64,000 nucleotides of DNA from Patescibacteria group bacterium UBA924 (lineage in GTDB: Bacteria > Patescibacteriota > Microgenomatia > UBA1400 > PJMF01). The stretch is taken from positions 19,793 to 83,792 of the forward strand of contig DBDU01000015.1 in the NCBI GenBank assembly GCA_002293725.1, read 5' to 3'. The notes below the pieces were generated by a model that saw only the letters and a program-made list of their open reading frames with translations, was not told the origin of the DNA and did not search any database. Within the stretch, counting starts at the first letter, position 1. Each line of letters begins with the position of its first letter. The translations under genes and the position numbers were made by a program. This document shows, piece after piece, positions 1 through 7,300 of the stretch.

Positions 1-788
1 TTTAACTCTTCCACCTCGCTTGCGTTGTCATTTAACAGCTCATGGTAGATAAATACTGGGTTTCCCTCTACAGTACCGGGATCAGTAGCTTTTTTACGAT
101 TGGGATCAGTGAACGAGCTCATGATCTGCTTACGAATGACTGCCTCATCTTCAAAGATTCCAATTGTGTTACCGAGAGATTTGCTCATCTTTCGCTGCCC
201 GTCTGTGCCAACTACTTTCCCCACTTCTTTCGAAATAAGAGGTTCTGGGAGTGGAAAAACGTCTGTTTGGTAGGCTTTATTGAAGTTCTCGGCAATATCA
301 CGGGTGAGCTCGATATGTTGACGTTGATCTTCTCCTACTGGAACACCGTAGGGTTTGTAAAGCAGAATATCTGCAGCCATCAAGATGGGATAGTTAAAAA
401 GACCCATATTAATAGACTCTTCGTTCGCATCCTTCTGTAACTTATCTTTAAATGCATGCATACGCTGCATTTGGCCATACATAACATAGTTCCCTAGAAC
501 AACCATTAACTGACTGTGTGCGGGAACGTCCGACTGACGAAAGAATACTGACTTGGCTGGATCTAAGCCTAAGGCAATGTAATCCAAGACCACGCCGGTA
601 ATATTTTTTTCTAAAGTCTCTTTGTCATGAATCGTAGTTAAGGCATGTAAGTCTGCCATGAAGTAGTAGGTTTCTGCCGTATTTTGAAGCTCTAACTGAG
701 GTTTTACGGCGCCAAAATAGTTCCCAATGTGGAGCGAGCTTCCACTGGGAGTGATACCAGACAGAATACGTTTATTTGTTTGTGTCAT
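1..788 (-). CDS. trpS: Tryptophanyl-tRNA synthetase (3' end runs off the window)
   Basis: Manual translation from ATG at 788: MTQTNKRILSGITPSGSSLHIGNYFGA (HIGH-type motif), then YPILMAADIL, VPVGEDQRQHIELTRDIA and KMSKS. Absent from the ORF track because the stop lies outside the window. Confidence 0.96.
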   Translation of the reverse strand, partial: MTQTNKRILSGITPSGSSLHIGNYFGAVKPQLELQNTAETYYFMADLHALTTIHDKETLEKNITGVVLDYIALGLDPAKSVFFRQSDVPAHSQLMVVLGNYVMYGQMQRMHAFKDKLQKDANEESINMGLFNYPILMAADILLYKPYGVPVGEDQRQHIELTRDIAENFNKAYQTDVFPLPEPLISKEVGKVVGTDGQRKMSKSLGNTIGIFEDEAVIRKQIMSSFTDPNRKKATDPGTVEGNPVFIYHELLNDNASEVEEL

Positions 789-824
789 ATTTCCTTTATT
801 GTACTTTATATATACCTGATTTCA

Positions 825-854
825 GGCGGAGAGGAGAAAGTTCTCCTCTCCGCC
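825..854. repeat. Perfect 14-bp inverted repeat (strong hairpin) between the 99-aa gene and trpS
   Basis: GGCGGAGAGGAGAA-AG-TTCTCCTCTCCGCC. No U-tract on either strand, so it is not a classic intrinsic terminator. Confidence 0.8.
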
Positions 855-879
855 CTTCGAGAAGGGTGGTGCATGCTCT

Positions 880-1179
880 TCAACTCTCTGTAGACACCGG
901 CGAGTACTCTGCACACGCGCCGCAATGGCGACAGCGCAGGATGTATCGTTTCACCACTGTGGAAAGCGATAGCCAGTGATCAGAGACATTTACATAGTCA
1001 TCGATGATCTTCTCTTCCAGATTAGAGATAGCTCGTCCCTGCTTTTTATCCAGAAGCCGATCACACTGACAGTACTGATGGTGAGGAAAGTTACTCCGTA
1101 CCTCCTCTTCTGCCAGCAGTGCAAACTGGCTGAAGAACTTCTCAATCTTGCTCAGGATGTAGCTGATGAGCTTTTTCAC
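880..1179 (-). CDS. Small Cys-rich hypothetical protein, possible zinc ribbon
   Basis: GTG start behind a strong SD (AAAAGGAG). Contains CxC and CRHCGAC motifs. Confidence 0.7.
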   Translation of the reverse strand: MKKLISYILSKIEKFFSQFALLAEEEVRSNFPHHQYCQCDRLLDKKQGRAISNLEEKIIDDYVNVSDHWLSLSTVVKRYILRCRHCGACAEYSPVSTES

Positions 1180-1345
1180 GGTTTTGCTCCTTTTAACTAG
1201 TCACACAGCTTCTTTGCACCATGCACCATACCCTCCCCTGGTAATGGCCAACTGAGATCGCTTCAGCCATTAGCAAGGAAGGATAGAATCCTTCTCTGTT
1301 AAAGAACAAAGGGAGTTGAGTAGTCTATAGATGTATGAAGTGGTA

Positions 1346-1455
1346 CAAAAAAACTCCCTTTTGGGAGCCTTTAACACATGTATGCACGTTAAGTGACTCC
1401 CTTGTTAACTGAGAGAGGTCCACCAAGAAGATTGGGTGGTGTGTCGTGTCATACA
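1346..1455 (-). ncRNA. Candidate structured RNA (riboswitch-like attenuator or sRNA)
   Basis: Extended -10 TGCTATACT at 1469-1461. The 5' end pairs with a downstream segment (TGTATG-A-CACG/CGTG-CATACA) and encloses two hairpins. It ends in the intrinsic terminator GGCTCCC-AAAA-GGGAG-T7. No family recognised. Confidence 0.5.
1347..1369 (-). terminator. Rho-independent terminator
   Basis: GGCTCCC AAAA GGGAG followed by T7 on the minus strand. Confidence 0.75.
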
Positions 1456-1484
1456 GGCGTAGTATAGCAAAAAGTGCCGAACTA

Positions 1485-2351
1485 TTAAAGCTCTTCGATC
1501 CGAACTGTCGGATTCATATCTGGAGCGTCAATCAACTTGAGATACTTTTCGGTGGTGGTAATTCGTTTGTGTCCAACCAGTTGGGAAACATAGACTAAAG
1601 GAGTACCAGCCTTTAACTGCTCAATAATAAAGGTGTGACGAAGATCATTGACCTTGCCATCTTTAATACCAGCCAAGCGGAAGTAACGATCAATAGCGGT
1701 ACGAATGTTACGAACTAAGAATGGACGGCAAGTTTTAGTCAAGAAGAGTGTTTTTTCCCGAGCGCGTGGACGAACCTTCATGTACTCCATAATGGCTGTC
1801 TTGGCAGCGGCGTTTAAAGGAACTTTACGAGCTTCACGAGAGTTCTGAGGCTCGATCACAATCACGTTGTGCTCCATGTCCACTTCGCTCATCTGCAAAG
1901 CTGCTAACTCACTAATTCTCATGCCTGTTTGCAACAGTACTTCGACAATGGCATAGATACGAATGTCAGAGCGGCAGGCATCACGCAGCGCCCGATACTC
2001 CAACTTCGAGAGAACTCGAGGAGGAGCTTGATCGTACTTAGGATGAACGATGACTTCGGCAGGGTTCTCAGTTAAGAGTCCCTCATTAATCACGAAACGG
2101 AAGAATGCCTTGATGGAGTTAATCTTGCGAGAGATTGATTTGCCCGTGTAGCGCTGTTTCTTTAAGAGCTCTTTAAACTCTTCAATATCATCAGCAGTAA
2201 CTTGCTCTACCAATGTCTTCCCTTTCTCGGCAAGAAACTGGATAATCTGTTCAACGTCTTTACTATAGGCAATCACGGTCGCGTGGGCGCGGCCGGATGT
2301 CTGTAAAAAGCTGGTAAACTTATTATGCAAGTCAAGCAATGCGTTATTCAT
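1485..2351 (-). CDS. xerD: XerC/XerD-family tyrosine recombinase
   Basis: N-terminal SAM-like domain, TGMRISE, NDLRHTF (HxxR with H replaced by N), LVGH and TEKY (catalytic Tyr). ATG at 2351 preferred over GTG at 2360. XerC versus XerD is not resolved. Confidence 0.85.
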   Translation of the reverse strand: MNNALLDLHNKFTSFLQTSGRAHATVIAYSKDVEQIIQFLAEKGKTLVEQVTADDIEEFKELLKKQRYTGKSISRKINSIKAFFRFVINEGLLTENPAEVIVHPKYDQAPPRVLSKLEYRALRDACRSDIRIYAIVEVLLQTGMRISELAALQMSEVDMEHNVIVIEPQNSREARKVPLNAAAKTAIMEYMKVRPRAREKTLFLTKTCRPFLVRNIRTAIDRYFRLAGIKDGKVNDLRHTFIIEQLKAGTPLVYVSQLVGHKRITTTEKYLKLIDAPDMNPTVRIEEL

Positions 2352-2453
2352 ACTTCTCACACTTCTTACAAATTCGATTTACAGATGTATAGTAATAACT
2401 TTTTGTCTAAAATCAAAGACTTATAATATCACATTCGAGGTTTTTTCGCAATC

Positions 2454-2804
2454 ATGCGTATCCTTTACTCACCTCTGGCAGCGCTGATTATTACCGGAAT
2501 CGTCGGAGTTATTTGCGTGTCCTTATATATGAACGGTCGACGTATTCAACAATCAGCGCTCACTGTCCAAAAAATGGAAGTTGAAGTCGCTAGTATAGAG
2601 GCCAAAGTCAATCTGGTCGAGCGGAACGCACTCGAGGCAACCTCTAGTACGGCAAAAGAACGGATATTTCGCGATGAACTACTTTTGCAAAAACCTGGCG
2701 AGTTTATCGTCCAAATTCCAGATCAGCCATTGCCTTCCGTCAAGCCAACCCAAACAGTGACTTCTTTAAGACCCTGGCAGCAGTGGCAACAGCTTCTTTT
2801 TTAA
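2454..2804 (+). CDS. Septum formation initiator family protein (FtsB/DivIC-like)
   Basis: N-terminal TM helix, a coiled coil, and an 'ERIFRDELLLQKPGE' motif resembling ExxARxxLgmxkpGE. Confidence 0.7.
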   Translation: MRILYSPLAALIITGIVGVICVSLYMNGRRIQQSALTVQKMEVEVASIEAKVNLVERNALEATSSTAKERIFRDELLLQKPGEFIVQIPDQPLPSVKPTQTVTSLRPWQQWQQLLF

Positions 2805-2842
2805 GCTCTCAAGTTCTCAGGCTTTTTTCTCTAGTAAAAAAA

Positions 2843-2851
2843 TGTTATACT
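2843..2851 (+). promoter_or_regulatory. Extended -10 promoter for tRNA-fMet
   Basis: TGTTATACT about 35 nt upstream of the tRNA. Confidence 0.55.
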
Positions 2852-2887
2852 CACGCCTTGTCGCTAACGAATACATGTATTCAATCG

Positions 2888-2956
2888 CGCGGGGTAGTGT
2901 ACGGTGCACGTGGGGCTCATAATCCCACAGGCCGGGTTCGACTCCCGGCCCCGCAA
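2888..2956 (+). tRNA. tRNA-Met(CAT), initiator type
   Basis: Cloverleaf with acceptor CGCGGGG/CCCCGCA (C1:A72 mismatch), anticodon loop CTCATAA and T-arm CCGGG-TTCGACT-CCCGG. CCA is not encoded. Confidence 0.9.
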
Positions 2957-2965
2957 CATTTAACC

Positions 2966-2993
2966 AAAAAACCACCTTTTTAGGTGGTTTTTT
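2966..2993. terminator. Bidirectional intrinsic terminator
   Basis: AAAAAACCACCT-TTTT-AGGTGGTTTTTT between the convergent tRNA and SP-repeat genes. Confidence 0.85.
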
Positions 2994-3011
2994 GTACTTA
3001 TTGATCTCTAC

Positions 3012-3572
3012 TTATCCTTTTCTTTTGAATCGTGCAAAAAAGGTCGTTACTTTTACTTTTAATCTTGGATTACTCTCCACTACGAACCATCCCACTGGTG
3101 CCCCTACACCAATCAACACACCTAAAACCAAGAGTACAAGAATCGTCGGAAACTCTCTCTTTTCCCCAGTGTTTGTAGTCGGTGATGCTGAGGGTTCAGG
3201 ACTGGTGGAAGGACTAGGACTCGCCTCTGGAGATGGTGTCTGAGAAGGTGAAGGCGAAACACTTGGCGAAGGAGTCGGCCGCGGAGTTGGTCTGACTGAT
3301 GCTCTGACTGTAGGACTAGGACTCACAGCTGGACTGGGTGATGGCGAGGGTGACGGTGACGGGCTGGGTGATGGACTAGGGCTGGGACTTGGAGAAGGAC
3401 TAGGTGAAGGAGACGGAGATGGTGAAACGGAAGGCGATGGCGAGGGTGAAGGACTCGGAGAGGCTTCTGGAGAGGGAGTTTGGGCTGCCAGAGGAACCAA
3501 AAGAGCAGCTGTAATCGTCAGAAACATCCACAGAGGAAGTATCACCAAGAAGAACCGAGAACCTTTGATCAT
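3012..3572 (-). CDS. Ser/Pro-repeat membrane-anchored protein
   Basis: N-terminal hydrophobic helix or signal, a long (SP)n tract, a C-terminal TM helix and a basic tail. ATG at 3572 follows TATACT. Confidence 0.75.
   Translation of the reverse strand: MIKGSRFFLVILPLWMFLTITAALLVPLAAQTPSPEASPSPSPSPSPSVSPSPSPSPSPSPSPSPSPSPSPSPSPSPSPSPAVSPSPTVRASVRPTPRPTPSPSVSPSPSQTPSPEASPSPSTSPEPSASPTTNTGEKREFPTILVLLVLGVLIGVGAPVGWFVVESNPRLKVKVTTFFARFKRKG
3190..3490 (-). repeat. Coding (Ser-Pro)n low-complexity repeat
   Basis: Hexameric periodicity with mixed synonymous codons. QTPSPEASPSPS occurs at both ends. Confidence 0.85.
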
Positions 3573-3607
3573 TGTTTGAACAGTATACCCTATCAATTTC
3601 CGTACAC

Positions 3608-4309
3608 TTACTTCTGTAGCGACATCAAGGCATCTACAAACTGCTGTGGTTCACTAACTTCTTGTGCTTTATACACCCCCATCAATAGCTTTCGCACATT
3701 CGCACTCAGTGTGCTCTCTAAAATATAAATGGGTCGTTTTTCGTGTAAAGCGTGGTTCGCTGTACTCATAGAACCACTCTGTTCTCTCGATACACCGGAA
3801 ATTAACACTGCTTGGCTCAGACCAACGGTAATTCTGTTACGAACCAAGGGCTTTCTGATACTTTTCTGATCATCTGGGATAGGAGGATACTCAGAAACGA
3901 TCGCCGTACCTGGTTGGCGAACCTGTAACATCTGTTGAGCAATACTAAGGTTGGCGGGAGGATCCATTCGATTAATTGACGTAGGAAGTACTCCAACCGT
4001 ATGAGCGTTATTTAACGCCACACGATGACTTTGTGCGTCTACTCCTAAAGCCAAGCCCGATACGATTACTAGAGGTGTTTGAGCAGTATCTTGATAGGCA
4101 ACACACACTTTCTCTAAAAAGACGGCTAAGTGACTTAAAATTTCTGGTGGTACTTCTCGGGAACCGATACTGGCCAGATGAAAGAGCTCAGGAACAACTC
4201 CTGATCCTCGGACCCACAACGATGTAGGCGGCTGCTTAATCGTAGCTAAACGTGCGGGATACTCCCTATCTGTAGGCGTGACGTTCCGTATGCCTTCTGG
4301 AATAATCAT
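3608..4309 (-). CDS. dprA: DNA-processing protein DprA (Rossmann core only)
   Basis: YP..L..I..PP..L...G, IGSR, IVSGLALGVDAQSH, VSEYPP, RNRITVGLS and SGSMSTA motifs. Confidence 0.9.
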   Translation of the reverse strand: MIIPEGIRNVTPTDREYPARLATIKQPPTSLWVRGSGVVPELFHLASIGSREVPPEILSHLAVFLEKVCVAYQDTAQTPLVIVSGLALGVDAQSHRVALNNAHTVGVLPTSINRMDPPANLSIAQQMLQVRQPGTAIVSEYPPIPDDQKSIRKPLVRNRITVGLSQAVLISGVSREQSGSMSTANHALHEKRPIYILESTLSANVRKLLMGVYKAQEVSEPQQFVDALMSLQK

Positions 4310-4357
4310 ATACAAATTATATCAAAGAAGAGCTTACTCAAAACCTAGCGAGTAAAG

Positions 4358-7300
4358 TTACACAGCCGCAAATGGGTTGGTAATAGTGGTCATCTCAATC
4401 GTCAGAGGCTTTGCTCCAACCGCAGCTGTCACCATCGACATGGTACCAGCCTTTGCTTCTTTCCACACCATGTTGGGTGAGATGACGTTGATTCCGTACT
4501 TCCCTTTTGGAGCATAGAGCTCGAAGTTCCCATGTGCATCAGACTTGCTAATTGCAACGACACTTCCATCCTGACGTGTTAGCACAATCGTGGCGTTAGC
4601 TATCCCGCGTCGATCGCCATCGGCGATGATTCTTCCTTTAAGGGTCGGTTTCTTAAAGAGGCTGACTAACTTGGGCAGGAGTACTACGGCATACACAACC
4701 AGAATCAAACCATTTATCACGGTTGGGGCAATCCAAAATGCCAGGATTGAAAGTGCTGCGAGTGGATAAACTGCCCACTGTAACCAGTGTAATGTTCTGT
4801 TGAGTAACAACAGCAAGGAGTACTTCAACGAACCACCTTTATCGCCGAGTTTGTTGTCCATTGGAACCAGGACCGCTTGAGATTGTTTAGCTGAAGCAAT
4901 CCCCAACACTTCCCCTTTATAGAAGTCTTTGAAAGAAAGGTGTGCAGGTCGTTGTAGCTTAGTTGGAAAGACATGACCATCATGTCCAACTGTCATCGTA
5001 TACTCGCCTTTTGGCAAGAATGGCTCTAGGTAGACACCATACATGTCAGAAACAAGTGAGACAAATGGGGCTCCAAGTTGATTCTTTCCTTCATAGACAG
5101 AGATAGCCGCGAATGGAATTGGACTACCATTCTTTGTCTGATGGACAAAACCTTTTCGTTGTTTCGCAGGTAGCACCCCAGCCGTGCGGAATAAGTTCAG
5201 CAAAGTGCGTAGATTCAGTGCGGCCATAATTCCAGCTTGTGAAGCAACGGCGAGGGCTAACAACCCGACCACTGCGAGTTCAAGCGCTGCAGCGGCAGCT
5301 AGCCCAATTTTGGGAAGGGTTTTACTTGCTTGGATGGCACCACTAATAAGCGGGGTTGACCAAGGTAGGCGTTCTTGCAAGGCTCGTGCGATCTGCTGCA
5401 CTTCTGCTGGTGCATCTAAAACAGTGACAGTGATCTTTTTAGTGACTACCTCATCTCCTTTGCGGGCGGTAATCGTAATTACTGTTGTATCAAGAGGGAA
5501 GAACTCAAAGCTGCCATTGGGCGAGATCGTTCTTGTTTCTGGATAGTCGATAGTCACCTCATCAGCATCAGGAATGTTCCAAGAGATCTCAGCTTTTTGA
5601 CCGCGAACAATAGTTTGATCTGCTGATGAGACGATCCCAAATGAAGCTGGAACTGGCGTTGCACTAGGGTTAGCTAGGCCACCACCGGCCCCTGCTGTAG
5701 CGGAAGGATCAACTGAAGATGTCGGTGTCGCAGATGCATCTGGTGTGGGAGAAGGACTACTAGAAGTTCCTGAGCTCAACTCTCCTTCGACTTTAATTTC
5801 CAGCGATGCTACTGCTGATCCATACGGACCTGTTCCTGTAATTGTGTAAGTGGTTGTTTCAGTTGGATGCACATAGAAAGTTCCAGTTGGCGCACTCAGC
5901 TGATTATTTCCAGGGTTAATGACAAAACTAGTTAAGTTACTTGAAGCCCAGTGGAGCTCAACTATCTCTCCTTTTTGAATCTTAAACTTACTCGCTGAGA
6001 AGCCCAAGTACGGAGACGGTAAACTTGCACCGGACGTAATGGTGATCGTGCCAGATTCTTGCGTAAACGTTCCATCAGTGACTCGAATTTTAAATGTTCC
6101 CGTCTTGTTAATTTGCACACCCGAGGCTGTGCCTGTTCCATCGTTAATGGCAAGATTGGTAACATTTAAGCCATCAGTAGGGTTCCCTGTTCCAGTATCA
6201 ATCAATGTGAAAGTAACATTGCCATCATAGTTAGGATTTTTGTAGCCAAGGACATCAATGCCTTCTACGGTTACTGAAAATGAGGCGTTGGTAGTCGTAG
6301 CATTTGTAGATGGGGAAACTGATAATCCGGTAGTTGTAGTTGCCAACTCCTCTTCTGGGTAACCAGCATAGGATAAGGAGTAAGAGGTTAGTACTGGTGT
6401 GGCATTGTCTACCTCATACAGCTCAATCTTAAACTTGACTCGATAGTCACTTTGCTGCAACTGCTGCAACTGTCCCAGGGTAACTTCTTGCCACGTTACG
6501 CCGCCATCCGTCGAGACATAGTAACGAATTGGATCACCAGGTGCGGCATACGCTTGGGGAATAAGATGTTCTCCCACAGCTGCCATAAATGAGAAGTTAC
6601 TGCCACCAACTCCGCTGGCATCTGCGATTGGAGCACTAGCATTTGCTTCGGCCACAAAGTTATCTACTACTAACTGTTGAGGTGGACGGGTAGGAATCGC
6701 AACAGCCGCACCACCGTCTACCCAACCGCGTGTCATCGCGGACTTGTAAAAACCTTGATTTTTATTGACGCTATATAAGGTGCTGTAGTTATCCAGGTAT
6801 GTCCAAGCGTTACTTGGGCGGACACCCCCCGTTAAGTCAAACTCAATGAATGTATCGTCAGTTAAGTTTGTATAGGTATCGTTAAAGTTCAGATAAACTG
6901 GGATACTTCCCTCTGTATTGAGCAACAGCTGATCTCCCACTCCGTTTTGACCTTCGATGTACTGAATACCATAAATATTGCGGTAGCCAATTTGGGCAGG
7001 ATAAGCCAGCTGAACAATAGTGTCATCGTCCCAGGAGTATGGATCGTCGCCATCATCGGTGATCACGAATAAACGGCCATTTGAGTTGTTGGCTGTACCA
7101 AAGATTAAACGACCATCAGGATCAAGAATCATTCCGGTAAAGACGTTTTGGTAATCACCATCAGTCGTTACATCCACAATATCGTCACTGGGATCGGAAG
7201 GTGTATTGTTATCTCCCCAAACGTAAAAGCCATCAAAGTAGCTTCCCGCATAGACTCTGTTTTCTGCTGAATCAATCAGAGATCCCAAAAAGGATTGGGA

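Noticed and set aside
42..440. 132-aa plus-strand ORF
   Set aside because: Antisense shadow of trpS, which has clear motifs on the minus strand.
860..878. AGAAGGGTGGTGC resembling a T-box near trpS
   Set aside because: It is on the strand opposite trpS, lacks the ACC-GCG continuation, and no stem I or specifier loop is visible.
3190..3490. Periodic DNA that could be mistaken for a CRISPR array or satellite
   Set aside because: It is 6-bp coding periodicity for Ser-Pro, with no repeat-spacer structure and no cas genes.
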